DNA of 63,812 nucleotides, the filler included, from Folioceros fuciformis (taxonomy: Eukaryota), in assembly GCA_049999805.1 (NCBI GenBank). It is 4 parts of 4 records of this genome, joined end to end, with 100 filler letters (N's around TTAATTAATTAA, not from the genome) between each part and the next. Parts side by side here need not be neighbours in the genome. Positions count along the whole stretch, not along the records: positions 1 to 29,172 come from JBNGIO010005796.1; positions 29,273 to 52,699 come from JBNGIO010005798.1; 2 more parts are not named here. One strand, 5' to 3'. The notes under the pieces are model-generated. The model saw only the letters and a list, made by a program, of their open reading frames with translations. It had not been told where the DNA came from and ran no database searches. Below, one piece after another: positions 26,926 through 40,169 of this stretch. Within the stretch, counting starts at the first letter, position 1. Each line of letters opens with the position of its first letter. A program made the translations under genes and the position numbers.

Positions 26926-27122
26926 GGAACGAGACCCAGAAGACGGGAACGGGTGTTTCACTCTGCGTGTGCGCCACGTCGCAACGAAAACAGCTGGGAA
27001 CAGATAAGGCAAGATGGCAACACTCAATGAATGAACAGCGTCGACCGAATCACAGGCACCCACACGAACGAAAAAGCCAAACACCTTGTCCTCGGATTCG
27101 AAGAGGAAAAACACTTCAAAAC

Positions 27123-29162
27123 TCATACCTGACGGGCACCTTGCATTAATCGTCGGCTGTCACGAGAGCTTTCCGACAGTATACTCCCCGTGGCCTGTGC
27201 ATCGGTTGCTGCTGCTGCAGCAGAGGGTCTTGAATCCCCCCTGTCGGAAGGAGGGGTCACTTTCTCCCTCCTCTTCCTCTTCACAGCTAATGGCTTTGTT
27301 GCTGCTCTATTTTCGAGCTCCTGCTCAGCCACATTCGCTAGCAATATTTCACCTGACACTTGTCCAGCCTCGGATTCAGCCACAACAGTCTTCATTACCT
27401 TTCCACCGGTTATGATGTTGGCCGCTCCATGTTCCCCTGCCTGTCGTAGCAACGGAGATGTGGCTCTCCACTCAGGCCTGTCAGCTTCTCCATCGTTCAC
27501 AAGAACATTTCCATAACCCTCGTCATCCTGCTCTGAACACAGTAAATTGCTGTATTGCTGCCTGGCTGCCTGACTCGTGGCCTGAGGCCCTCCGTTGTTG
27601 GAAATCCCAAACTTCTCACCATGATAGTTGATGCCAGGTTCTCTACACTCAAGGATGCTCTCATCCTGAGCCAGATTCGAGCTGTCCCCAACACCTGTCT
27701 TGTGTGGATCAACAGGACGCGTGTCACCACAGGTGCTGAGGTCATCCCTGAGGGCTCTCAAACCCAAGTCTTTGGTGGCTTGACCTCCTAAGCAGGAAGT
27801 CCCTGCCTGTGTGATACCTCTCTTCATCCAGGATCCAGAAGCTTCTACGTCCATGTCAAAATGTCCATCCCTCACCTGGTCAGCTTTATCAGGGGCATGA
27901 AAAATGGGAACTGTGCTTTTCGATCTCACCCTGCTTTCCTGTTCGCTCCCGATCCCATTCCCCTCCCATTTCCGTCTCTTCCAAGGCTGTACATCGGCAT
28001 CTCTCAATGCATTAGAATCCGCAGTGGTCATGAGAATTCCAGCTTGTTTACTGGGTTGATCCGCAATCTGCTCCAGTAACTGCTTATCTGAAAAGAAGGC
28101 AGGAACTCCATCAGTCCATCAGTCACTTAAAAACATAACAATTTTGAAAGAGAGACATACACACACAAGGAGTTCACAGCTTGAACCACTCTTACAGACC
28201 TTGCATGTCTTGAGCAGCAATTGCAGTAGAAGTAGAAGCCCTGGCTCTCCCGCCTCGTTTCCTTCGATCCAACCCTTCACTTGCACTTGCCGGCATTGAA
28301 GTCTTCACACAGTCTCCGTCTTCTGGCTGAACTCGCTTTTGCAGCTCCTCTACCATGTCCGACTTCCGTTTCAATTCAACCTTCATCCGCTTGATGGTCT
28401 CTTGAGCACTATGAAGCTTAGCCTCAGCTTCCTGGGCTCTCCTCCTCTCTATCCCATACATGCGCTCGCCTAATGCCCCCTGTTGCAAGACATGAAAACT
28501 GACTGCCCCGTTTGCAAAGATGACGCATAACAAAATCAGTTGCACATAAGACACCACACCACCAGGCCCTGCTTACCTGCTGAGTGGCAGCATACCGCAG
28601 CCGAAGTAGCATATTGAGGGCCTCTGACCTGGTGTTCTTCAGCTCCTGCTCCAACACCGCAGCCTTTCTCTTTGCCGCCACGATATGCATAGCAGCCTCC
28701 CTCCCCAGGTGATCAATGATATCCTTACCTGCCTGTTCCAACGCATCCAACAGCTTAACCTCCACGGCTTCAGACATGTGCTGCAGCGCATTACGTAACC
28801 GCATCTCCACCTTCTGGACCGTGTCCGCCACATCGGGGATCTGCAGATTTCTCGCCAATCATGAAGCTGGCAACACTAAGCAACCCTCTGCCCTTCCTCC
28901 ACACCCACGCAGAATACTAACCCAAAACCAAATAAACCAACAGGCACCATACCTCCTCGGACACCCCATTACAGCTGTGCGGGGCCATGTCAGAGCGAGC
29001 ATCCGAGGACACCACGAACGACAGATCCTCCCCGGGCTCCACGTCCCGAGCAGGAACGGCGTCACCCTCACCCTTCCCACCACCCAATCCACGTTCCTCA
29101 CTCGAAGGCGACCTGAGGTTCGTCATGGCACACCCTGAGCCGCAATTTTCCGCGATGGCCAT
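27123..29162 (-). CDS. Uncharacterised plant coiled-coil protein with a long disordered C-terminus; about 4 exons
   Basis: Exon AAMHIVAAKRKAAVLEQELKNTRSEALNMLLRLR resembles, from memory, a conserved plant unknown-function family (ALxMLLRLK motif). A second coiled-coil exon and a ~320-codon last exon with NLS-like WKRRK and KRKRR follow. Confidence 0.75.
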
Positions 29163-29172
29163 TCCCGCCCAG

Positions 29173-29272
29173 NNNNNNNNNNNNNNNNNNNNNNNNNNNN
29201 NNNNNNNNNNNNNNNNTTAATTAATTAANNNNNNNNNNNNNNNNNNNNNNNNNNNNNNNNNNNNNNNNNNNN
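29173..29272. other. Assembly gap with artificial TTAATTAATTAA spacer (29217-29228)
   Basis: 44 N + 12-mer with stops in all six frames + 44 N; identical at 52700 and 60959. Confidence 0.97.
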
Positions 29273-29273
29273 G

Positions 29274-32200
29274 TTAGATAGTAAGGATACAGGGAGCAGC
29301 GTCATCACGGCCGTGGGGAGCGGCTTGGATGAGAGCAGTAAGTGGGGGCTGGAGAGGACCGTGGCGCACGTGCTCGACATCCCTCCCCTGTCGGCAGACG
29401 CCGCGCTGTGCTGCCCGGATAATACCATTCACCCGGAGGCTGTGAGGAACTACTTGGAAATAAGGCTGCAGAGTGTGGATGACACGCAGCCGCGGGACCC
29501 CGATGGAGTCTTCGCTGCAGGGAATGGGGTTGTCGCCATGGATAGGGATTCTGCGTCGGGTGATATCGGATTTGATGACGCCTGCTTGCTGCTGGAGAGC
29601 AAGTCTAACTTCAGCAGTGCCAGGGCGAATGCATGTGTGTGCAGGGGGCGGTGGATGTACGAGGCCACGCTGGGTACCGCAGGCATACAGCAGCTGGGTT
29701 GGGCGACGCTTTCCTGCCCCTTCACTGACGGAGAAGGTGTTGGAGATGCAGCAGACTCCTACGCTTACGATGGCAAAAGGGTGAAGAAGTGGAACGTGAA
29801 ACAGGAACCTTACGGCCAGGCTTGGGTCACGGGCGATGTTATAGGCTGTTGTATGGACGTGGATGCAGGGAACATTCACTTTTACAGGAACGGTTTGCCG
29901 CTAGGCTTAGCCTTCGTTGGGGTCAAGACTCCTCCTACCGTAGCAGATGGCTACTATCCTGCCATCTCCCTGTCGCACGGTGAACGCTGCCAACTCAATT
30001 TCGGAGGCAGGCCCTTCAAACATCCCATCCAGGACTATCTACCTGTGCAAGCTCCGCCCACCGTACGGGAGGGTCTGACCATAGCGTCTGTAAGTGCTGG
30101 CGCTGCCTTTCTGTTTGGATCGCTGCAAAGACTTGTGCAGCTGGGTAGCAGAGAGGTAGCTGCTGCCATGCCTCTCGCAGACAGGTTGAGGAGATACACG
30201 CCCATTTCGAACGAGGACACTGCCATGCTGGGAGCGGAGATTTGCTCACAGTTAGCCTTGCTTCTCACTACTGATGCTGCGGCGGATGCCGAGGGAAATT
30301 TGGAGTCTTGGAAGGTGGCAGAATATTGCATTTGGGGGTCATTGGTCCCCTTTCTTATTGACCTATACCGTCCTTGTGCCCCTCACGACGGACCCAGCCT
30401 GGATCGTGCATTGGATCTACTTCTTCCATGTTTAGAGAGCATGGATCTGAACCGTACAGTTACTGGCGTGATGGATGCCTTGGCTTATGGGTGCAAAACT
30501 TCTCCTTTCACTCTAGAGGATCGGCCTTACACTGGGTCTTATCGCTACCTTGCACTCGCCTGTCATCTGTTGCGGAGCTATGAGTTCATGGCTGTGTGGT
30601 GGAAGTCCTCAAAATTCCAAGAGGGTGTCGAAGGCCTACTTACACGGAAAGGCCCTAATAAGCACGATCTTGAAGTGTTGATGCCAACAGTCTGGTGGCC
30701 CGGATCGCGGGAGGATTTGTGTTCAGAGCAGAACATGAAGCATGCCGCCAATTCTCTATTCAAAGCTATCACTAAGGTAAAATTTTCTGATTTGAAACTG
30801 GTGAGCTGTTTGAGCTCGACGTGTCCTCTCTTTCTTCCTTCGGTGCAATTAGATGCCTTTTCATCCGACAACACTGCTAACCCTGTTGAAATTGTTGCAG
30901 GTTGAGGAGCTGCAATGGGACCTTTGCCGCCGCCTGCTCCATTTTGTGCCACCTTGCAGCACCGAGCCTCATACTGCGCAGGTTCCAGGGCTTGTCTTCA
31001 GGCAGTTGTTGCGGAATCTTATTGATAAGAACCGGGGTGCAAACAGGAATGTACCTCCACCTGGACTGTCTGACAACTCTGTCCTTGTTTCTGCATACTG
31101 TGTACTGCTTCGTTTCCTCTCGGAGGGGTTGTCAAGTGAGGATCTTATAGATAGTGAGAAGGAGCAGGATGGATCCAGTGGTTTCCTTCATCGAGGGGGA
31201 AAACTACGTTTCCCTGTGAGCGTATTTCTGAAGCAGGATTCGTACATCAATGAATTTGCACGACTTGGTGGAACATTCAGCCACGTTTCTAAAATATACC
31301 CTGCCAGTGCAGAGGATCTCACTGTCGTTGAATGGGATGAAGGCTGTGTAGATGATGACAACAAAGTCTATCACGATAGCAAGCACAAACCCTGCTGTTG
31401 TTTGGAGGGGGAGTATGCTTCTGGTAGTGATGGCAAGACTGCCGTTAGAGGTGGGGAGAAAGCCGTCAATCAAACTCAGAATACTCCAGCTGCAAGTGGC
31501 TTGAGCGAACGTAGTAATCACCTGAGCAGTGACTTCAATAGGAGAACGTGCACCAGTCTCATTCAGGAAGATAAGCCTGATTCAAGTGGGCGAGTGGATG
31601 ACTCCAGCTTAGACAACCTGCTACCAAGCAAAAGCAAGAGGATAGGGTTCAGGTCAATGAAGGAACTTTGTGAAGCCATAAGGGAGGAAGAGCTGCTGGA
31701 TTCTATGGTTCTGCTTTACCATCTTGGACTTGCCTCCAATTTCAAACAGGTTCTTTTCATGAGCTGCCACTATTCTGTCAGCTTGTCCCGGGAGTCTCTT
31801 TCGTTCGTCCCCAATCAGCGTGCTAAAGTACCGATGTTGAGTTTGTTACCTGTGGAGCAAGAGTTTGGGAATATTAATCGGGCAAATGCTATTGTCAAAT
31901 CTGCTGCAAGCATTTGGACCAAAATTTGGCCTGTGTCTGGACCAACTCGTTGCTGTTTAGGGCTGAGTGCTGGGGCAGGAGTCTGTTGTTTGCCATCTAC
32001 ATATTCTGAGTTGCATTTTTGTGCGTTTTTGGTGTGCTGGAACAGGCTTCGCACTGTATGCAGCATCAAATACAATTTATCAGTCACCTGGATGACACTG
32101 ACCGTCAGATTCGTGCAGAGAAGAGTTCAAGTGACCAGCTGAAAAGACTAAAAGAGGCTCGAACAGTGTACAGAGAGGACCTTATAGAGTGTGTACGACA

Positions 32201-34538
32201 ATGCACCTGGTATGTCCGTCACGTCCTATCCCTGTTGGGTGCCGAGTTTTGAAGGTCTGAAGCTGACAGGAGGTGAAGTAACTGTTGTATAATCCAGTAT
32301 TTGCCTGACTTGTTTGAAGCTACGTAACTATGGTAAATAAACGAACTATGGTTCTGCTTGTGTCGTCCTAACTCGCCCACTTCACAGGTTTCGGGTTTCG
32401 TTGTTTTCGAGGTGGAAGCAACGGGGAATGTATGCCACATGCATGTGGATTGTCCAACTCCTGCTAGTGCTCAGCAAGAACGACCGCATTTTTCGATACA
32501 TTCCTGAGTTCTACGTGGAAACACTGGTAATTTGTCAGGAGCAGGTTCACTAGGGGTGTGGATGATCTTTCCAGTTAGATTTGCATTGATGCCATCGGTT
32601 GCCTCCTTTTTGCTGCAGGTGGATACTTTCCACGCATTACGCAGGAGTGATCCACCTTTTGTGCCACCTTCTGCTCTTATTCAACACGGGCTTGCTCCTC
32701 TTGTACGTTGCAACCTGTTTTGAATTGTCGTGTTTTAAACATCTTGTGTTATGTGCAGGCAACATGCTAACAGCGGTGTGTCCTTTTCACAGGTCACCTT
32801 CCTTGTCACACATTTTAATGATCAAAGGATAGTGAACTCGGATATCAGAGATGTTCTCCTTCAGTCTATTTCGGTCTTGGTGCAGTATAAGGAGCATGTA
32901 ATTGCCTTCGAGAACAACCAGGCAGCTCGAGAGGGGATGATTGGGGCCCTTCTTTCAGCGTTTGACAACCGATTTTGGATTCCTGTGTCAAACATCCTAC
33001 TTCGGCTCTGCAAAGGCAAAGGATTTGGAGCATCGAAAGGCTCTCCCCATGGTGAACCTTTCTCGTTTGTTTTCCAGGTAGTAATTTTTTTCTTTCTGCT
33101 TTAGCCTTTAGCCTTGGGTGGTTCGGCTTCTGGTGCGTCAAAGAATGCCGTAGATGGTTAGCATGGAATATGGAAAAGAGTCTGCTGCACTGTGGGTTGG
33201 CTGAACTGAATTGTGGTTTCTCGTCTTGGGAGCAGCAATTGCTACGGACGACGTGCATCCTCGATGACAAGCTGTTCAGTTCTTTTCTTAATCGGCTGTT
33301 CAACACCTTGAATTGGACAATAACTGAGTTTTCAGTATCAATAAAGGAGATGCAGGAGCTTCCTGACAAGCGACAGGTGCACTGATGATTTTTTTGCTAC
33401 TGCTGTTTAATTCTATAGAACGCTTAAGACAGTGAGTCGGTGGTGGTCGTAGAATGAAGGCGTGATCAGGTGGTTTCCATAGCTTCGTCACCCATGAAAT
33501 GACATACTTTCACAGGTACCTGAAGTGCAGCAGAGAAAGTGCACGATTATGTTTGAGTTATCATGCAACCTTGCAAGAATTCTCGAGTTCTTCACACAAG
33601 AGTTACCGCAAGCATTTCTAGTGGGTGCTGAGATGAACCTCATCAGGCTATGTGAACTGATAATCTTTGTGTTGAATCACACGACATCCAGTGCCGATGC
33701 TCAGCTCTTTGACAGGCAAGAATACAGTACATACTTGTTAAGTTTGTTTGTGAACTCCTGTAGACGGCACTTGTGAGGCGCTGACTGGGATATTTCACGC
33801 TTGCAACAGCACCCTCAGATTGCAGGGTCAGTCGTTGGAGAAGGTGAACAGGTCAATGATCCTTGCTCCTCTAGTGGGCATTGTTCTAAACTTAGCGGCT
33901 GCGAGGGATGCTGAGAACCATGGCATGGCACATGATATTGCACATGCGATTGCCAATGTAGATGCTTCATCAGGAGCTCTGACGAACTTCCAGTATTTAC
34001 TCGAGTATAACTGGGTATGGCAGAAGTGGATGCGGAGGAGCATGGTTGTGGCTTGACTTAAGTATGAGTTATTCTACCCTTGGGGTTGCTTATGTTAGAT
34101 AGCGTGCTGCAGGGAACATCGTTCAAGGGCGATCCATCTCTGAGAAGGGTGCCGGAGCTGCAATTGTTTGTGAAAAAGCTGCAGAGAGAGACTGAGGAGG
34201 CAAGTCAAAGGGCAACTGAAGAAGAGCTCCTAGCTGCAATTGCAGCTTCTGTTGACGAGGGTAAGGAGCCAGCACTGGTGTCAGATCCTACTCCATGCAG
34301 TTTACGGACCCCTGCTTGTCCTAACTTCCAGTATGTCGCAGGGATGATTGGAGGGAGCGAAGACAGGGTGGATAAGGTGGAGGTTTGTAGCATATGCTAT
34401 GCTTGTGAGATCGACACCATGTTCAAGCCTTGCAAGCACCAATCCTGTTTGCGCTGCATCTCACGGCATCTGTTAAATAATCAGCGCTGTTTTTTCTGCA
34501 ATGCAACCATAGCCGAGCTGTCTTCTCTCTCTGAGTGA
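29274..34538 (+). CDS. RKP: E3 ubiquitin ligase RKP (KPC1/RNF123-like; SPRY domain plus C-terminal RING), 5' end lost in the gap
   Basis: SPRY motifs (SSARANACVCRGRWMYEATLGTAGIQQLGWAT...SYAYDGKRVKKWN), central VDTFHALRRSDPPF and FDNRFWIPV, and RING CSICYACEIDTMFKPCKHQSCLRCISRHLLNNQRCFFC. Confidence 0.95.
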
Positions 34539-35397
34539 GAGGTGAGATAGGCCAGCTGGTTATGGGCGGGTTCTCGAGACGCAAGGGGTAGAATGGTAAC
34601 ACTTACTGCCAATTGATATGGAAAGCTGTGTTGTCTGATGTGGTTGGTGGTCTCCGTCTCATGTGTGATCCAATTCTGGATAGGTGAGTGCACCTTCTCC
34701 GTAAGGTGGGTGTGCTTGGTGCGTTGTTGTGGGAAGTCTGATCCGACTTCTCGGCCTTCAGAATTGTATGTGTTCATTACAGGGCACCACCTGGGAGAAC
34801 GTACCGTTCAATTGTATACCTATACCTTTCTGGCCAGGCAAGTAGCATGTCACTTTTGGACATCAAAGGAAACCCTCAGGATCTGGATCCAAAAGTCTGT
34901 ATATTTTTTGTAAGCGACAGAAATAAAGTTAGAATTTTACAAAGTGAGTGCGGAAAGAGGTTCTGCATCGTGGATGTTTACAACGAACATGGCAAAAGCG
35001 TTAACGTTGATTATGGAGACTAAGTTCACAGCTTCGTACAGGGGAGGGGTGTCCTTGGTGCAAGTAGCGTTGTGGTGCAAGTTGCCAGGGTGCCAGGCCC
35101 CATGACGTGCCGTTGGTGCAACAATTGACTCTGCAACAATTTGACTGATCCCCTCCATGCTGGGTACGCATAGATACCTGGTGGACTGACTACAATGGCA
35201 ATTCTTACACTGGATTAGAAGTTTATCAGAGAACAAAGAAGAGCAAAGCTCTTCCAGAACACGGGCATCCTGCATGATGGAGCGGAGGTTCCGAGGGGAG
35301 CTATCCAATTCTGCTGGTGCTGATTTCCATCGCCCAATTCGAAGTTGGTTGGACTCTGGCCAAATACGGCCACAAGCTTACCATGCGTCCCAGTCGC

Positions 35398-37104
35398 TCA
35401 ACAATATGTCGCAACGAACCTCTCCACCAACGGGTTCACCAGGTTGGGTGCCTCATCCTGAACGAGCGCACGTTCCGATAAGAGGCCGGCCAGTTCATGA
35501 AAGCTTCAGGTGGTGGCAGGTGGTGTATGTAGCACGAACCTGTGGACAATGGCCCACATTGGGCAGCACGACAAACTCCTGCACTGTGTCAAACTCTTGA
35601 TACGCTTTCCCTAAAGCAAGAGGTTCCCAAGGATCCTTCTCGCCCCATCCAAACCAGACGGGACACTGCAGTACAGGCCGTACAAGATTAGCGAGGTTCA
35701 AGCACGCATCTGCTTGGCTGCCTATGACTGACGACTTGCCAGCAACAACCTACCTTGACGAAAGGGAGCATGTCTTCAGGCAGGGGGCCCCCAGAGTAGC
35801 ATATGAAGTCCAAGAACACGTCCACTGCTCCTGGCTGCAGACCTGGTCCCAGAATGAGCTCCACGAGCTCGTCCGTCACAGCACTGTCATCATGATAGCA
35901 CTGCAAAAGCACGCTCACAGAAGCGTCAATCAACAGCCGGCGAAAGCACCGGGTGCCGGAGCCGCTGCCATATCAATTTTCACCTCACACAGGATCCTCT
36001 TCACTGCATCTGGCTTTGCCACCGCCTTGAAAAACCTCTTCCCGATATCTGTGTTTCTGCAGCAGCTCCCGGAAACCAGGTACAGTCAAGTGAGAACCCC
36101 CGGGCGCGACGGTGTACACTTGGCCCAGGAGTTTGCTTGCCCACACAAGTGCTGGCCACAACTAACCTTAAAACATCCTGCAGAGCTTTCACAAATGGGC
36201 GAGCATACCAGGCCTGCTTCTTGAGGTGCAGCATACGCAGCGATATATTGAGCAACAGCAAACCCCTCACAGCACCCGGCTCCAGCACCGCTGCCTGTAG
36301 GCCAACCACGCCTGCAAAGCACGTCACAGCTTGGTTTCCCAACAACGTGCACTGAAGCGGCAATGTGGCACAATCACGACCAACCTCCAACCGAGTTGCA
36401 GATCACGAAAGGACGGTCGTTGATCACCTCCGCAGAGAAACTCAAAATCTGCTTAGCCCACGACTCAAACGTATAGGGAGATTCGGGCTGAGACCTCGGC
36501 TTATCCGAATAGCCATACCCCAGCAGGTCGATGGCAAACACTCTGTGTGACGTGGCCAGCACAGGTATGTTCTTCCGCCAATGGTCACTGCATACTCCCC
36601 CAATTCAGCTCCCTCGGCACATAATCCTTCCTCTTGCCGAAAATCAAAACAACATAGCACTCTACCAGTTGGCTCCGAACCCATGAACCAGCAACAGCGC
36701 AGGGCCTTCCTCTCCCGCAAATTGGTAGCGTATGTTATAGTCTCCCCATTTCCAAATGCTGCAATGCAAGCACGCAATCCAACGAAATCCCGTTTGAGAA
36801 TCAAACTGCCTCAGCTCTTGTTCTGTAAATCAAGCACCCTGGACAAACACCTCGTTTGCACAGCAGGTATTGTTGATGGCAAGGTTAGAGCAGCCTCCTG
36901 CTCCGCCCCGGGACTGTCTTCTCGCATCTGTAGAGCTCGCACTCCTGTCCTGCTCCTGCGTCTAGCCATGGCAGCCCTCGAAGAGCCTGCTCGGTTGCAC
37001 CCACATTCACGCCTGATGCTCAGAGGGCTCGCACAATTCGTGACGGCCCGCTGCGCCCGAGACGCAACGGGAAAACACGCTCCCAAAGCTGAGGACGCTG
37101 CCAT
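35398..37104 (-). CDS. Alpha/beta-fold hydrolase (pheophytinase-like family), probable plastid transit peptide, multi-exon
   Basis: LLVHGFGAN, HWRKNIP, VFAIDLLGYGYSDKP, nucleophile elbow CNSVGG, WGEKDPWEP and GHCPQDE. The N-terminus is S/A/R-rich. Confidence 0.92.
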
Positions 37105-37210
37105 CGTGCACACGGTGGAGTCAGGCCGTCTTGCGATGACTGAAATGGGAACAGTGCATCACATTTGTAAAACAATATATAATTTTATCACATCACGTAC
37201 GTTGTGCATC

Positions 37211-37294
37211 GTCAGGATGGCCGAGTGGTCTAAGGCGCCAGACTCAAGTTCTGGTCTTCGAAAGGGGGCGTGGGTTCAAATCCCACTTCTGACA
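37211..37294 (+). tRNA. tRNA-Leu(CAA)
   Basis: GTCAGGATGGCCGAGTGGTCTAAGGCGCCAGACT-CAA-GTTCTGG, long variable arm, GGTTCAAATCCC T-loop and acceptor stem GTCAGGA/TTCTGAC. A T-run terminator follows shortly downstream. Confidence 0.97.
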
Positions 37295-37920
37295 AATTCA
37301 TCTGATTTTTGTTTTCTTACTTTCAGTTCAGGAACAATTTGGGCCTGTTGAAATTTAACGAAAATGATATGAAGACCTTCGACGCAAAATTATTTGCCGA
37401 GGTCGAGTGGCCGACCGTTTATAGCTTTAAAAAAAAATGTGACGGATTGAATACCAATGTAAACTGTAATCATAGCACACTACGGTCTAAAAAGGTTGGT
37501 GAAATCTTCTCAGTCTGCCAACTCATTGGAAAGAGAATGGCCGCCACACGCATAAAGAGGATGGAGGTTCGACAGCTATGCGAAAATAGCGCCATTTCGC
37601 CCACTGTGTGTCGGCGCCGCTGCAGGGCGTGTGGCTCACAGCCAGCTAGGAACGTGTTCCTGCCGCTTTCACGTTGGACGAGCCTTTGTTTTGGTTCCGC
37701 GGGGCCCGCCTGCAATTTTGCGCTCTGGCGGACGACGTCAGCCTTAGACGTTTGTAACTGGCGCGATGGGCTTGCATCGCTGATCTCGGTTCTGTGAGTC
37801 GCGAGTGGAGCGTAGGTGGAAGAAGAGCGGTGTCGCTGCCACTATCGCGTCCCACTGCTGCAAGAGTTGCCGTTTGATTGAGCGCCGAGGATATAGCAGT
37901 GGAGCAGGCAGACGGGAAGC

Positions 37921-38802
37921 ATGGCCCGGTTTTCGTGCTGCTTCGGGTCCAGATCTGGGGGAGACAAGGGGAGCAAGGTGGAGGATGCCAAGGCGGCTGC
38001 AGCTACGGCGGAAGGTAAGGGACAGAAGCAACAGCAGCAGCAGCAGGAGCAGCAACAGCAGAAGAAGGGAGGAGGGAAGGGAACGAGCTCGAGCGCTGTG
38101 CTGGTGGAATTTTTTACCTCGCAAGGATGTAGCTCCTGCCCGCCCGCGGATCTGGTGATGTCGAGGCTGGCACAGGAGGGAGCGGGCGTGGTGCCTGTGG
38201 TGGTGTTGGCGTACCATGTGGATATTTGGGACCACCTAGGGTGGCGGGATCCATTCGGCAGCAGCGCCTGGAGCTTGCGCCAGCGGACCTACGCGGAGGT
38301 GTTGCAGCAGGACTCCATCTGCACGCCGCAAGCTGTGGTCCAGGGAGCGGCACATTGCATCCCCAGCACGGCCGGAGAACTTGGCGGCCTTATTGCCGCG
38401 GCGAAGCGCTTTCCTCCTGCCGACTTGCACCTGGCCTTCTCGAGGCCCGCGGCTGATCAGCTCAAGGTTACGGGATTCGTTGTTCCTAAGCTTAAGATCG
38501 AGGATGACTCCAAGGTGGACGTCATGGTGGCGCTGTTTGAGGATAATCTGGTCACCATGTGCAGCAAGGGGGAGAACATAGGACGAACACTGACCAACGA
38601 CTCCGTGGTTCGGGCCTTGGAGAGGTTGTGCACCCTGGAGCATCCGCTGCCTGCCAAGAAAGGCAAGGGGGATTCGGAGGTGATGCTCCCACTGTGGCAG
38701 GGTTTTGGCAGGGCCCGCGCCGGTGTTGCAGTCTTCCTGCAGAATCAGAGAACCAAGCAGGTTTATGGAGCGCAGCGAATTGAGCTGCCTGAGAATTTGT
38801 GA
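37921..38802 (+). CDS. DUF1223 (thioredoxin-like) domain protein, intronless, with a polyQ tract and N-terminal di-cysteine
   Basis: VLVEFFTSQGCSSCPPAD, LAYHVDIWDHLGWRDPF, TPQAVV and GENIGRTLTNDSVVR are DUF1223 hallmarks; (CAG)n at ~38028-38061. Confidence 0.92.
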   Translation: MARFSCCFGSRSGGDKGSKVEDAKAAAATAEGKGQKQQQQQQEQQQQKKGGGKGTSSSAVLVEFFTSQGCSSCPPADLVMSRLAQEGAGVVPVVVLAYHVDIWDHLGWRDPFGSSAWSLRQRTYAEVLQQDSICTPQAVVQGAAHCIPSTAGELGGLIAAAKRFPPADLHLAFSRPAADQLKVTGFVVPKLKIEDDSKVDVMVALFEDNLVTMCSKGENIGRTLTNDSVVRALERLCTLEHPLPAKKGKGDSEVMLPLWQGFGRARAGVAVFLQNQRTKQVYGAQRIELPENL

Positions 38803-39534
38803 GCTTGGTCAGCTCCTTTCCTCCCTGGCGTAATGGAACCGAGCTTGGAGCTTGCTTGGATGTAGCAGGCCAAAGAGGCTAGGGACATTTTTTTTCTCCA
38901 GCCTTCTCTGTTTGGGTGGATGATACCAAAATTCTTTCTTAGTGTGTTGTATACCTAGTAAGCTAGTGACTGTGTGATCGACTCGGTCAGCAGCCGGCAT
39001 AGTTCTAGAGCCCATGTGCTCTCGCACATCCTCAGCAACTTAATTTGGCCAGCATGTGGAGATTCTGGGATGAATGCAGCTAGGTGAATGCAGCGGTGGC
39101 AGCTGTCTCCTCCGAAAGCCTTGCATCGTGGTCACTTCTCTCTTTCTCGGCAGGTACTAAATGGGATTTTTATCATCCATGATGAGGATGCGTTGACAAC
39201 AGTCTCATCAGGACTGGTGTTGAGAGCGGATTCAAAGTTGCCCGCTGATACTTTCTCCGTCCCCGACGAGACCAGCGTTTCGAGGCTGACAGCTCGAAGT
39301 CTCATTGCGGCATCAGTGCTGTGGGAGAACGTGTTGTCGGAGTTGCATTGGATTGCCTTGCAGCGTACATTGTTTTATAACGGATAATGTGCTACGCATT
39401 CCAGATTCCAGTGTGGCTGTGGGTGCAAATTAGATTCTTCTTCTTCCCAGGTATAGTAGATCCTTCAGTTGGCTTGAGATGGCCCATTGACGTCTGTTGT
39501 CTTAAACATATGCTTTCCTAATAGATTTGCTCAG

Positions 39535-39628
39535 GTGGATACGTGCTACATAGAAGTGGATTCGTGCTACATACAATTGGATTCGTGCTACATAGAATTG
39601 GATTCGTGCTATGTAGATGTGTATTCCT
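39535..39628. repeat. 21-bp minisatellite (TGGATTCGTGCTACATAGAAK), about 4.5 copies
   Basis: Seen directly. Confidence 0.85.
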
Positions 39629-40169
39629 TCATATACCAAGTTTCTAGATTCATTTATATATTTGGTGGACTGAAGGACGTCACGCAAGGATCAATTAGCT
39701 TCCCTGTGATATAGAAAATCAATTGTACCAAGTAATTTGTTGGCGTATGGATTTATGCGCTGTCTCAGGTGGGGCATTTCCTCCCTCATGCAGTTGTCGT
39801 ACCTGAAAGATGCATATGGACAAACGAATGGGAGGGTGGCAGGTTCAGTGCTGCCAGCAACGAGGAGCTCAGTGCGTTACTCACTGATCGGTATGGCGCA
39901 CTCATCCAAGCTCGATTGGAGTGGCCCACTTGGGCTAGCAGACTCACCCGACTCTTTAGTATGGGACTTGCCATTCTTCGAGGATTCTTTGTTGCAAGGT
40001 CCTTTATTACCAGGCAGCAGATAAATGGCTTAAACACATATGAGAACTTGAAAGAACAAACAACCTGTTCCGTTTTCCTGTACAGGTCTGTTTTACATAA
40101 GTGTTCATAGTACATGTATGTACTCGCACCGTGTTTTCGCGATTAACACGAGTTTCGCTTGTGAACAGT

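Noticed and set aside
29217-29228. TTAATTAATTAA palindrome repeated at three gaps
   Set aside because: It is centred in identical N runs and places stops in all six frames, so it is a scaffolding spacer. ORFs spanning Ns were also ignored.
36581-37351. 256-aa plus-strand ORF crossing the tRNA
   Set aside because: Antisense shadow of the hydrolase exons that runs through tRNA-Leu.
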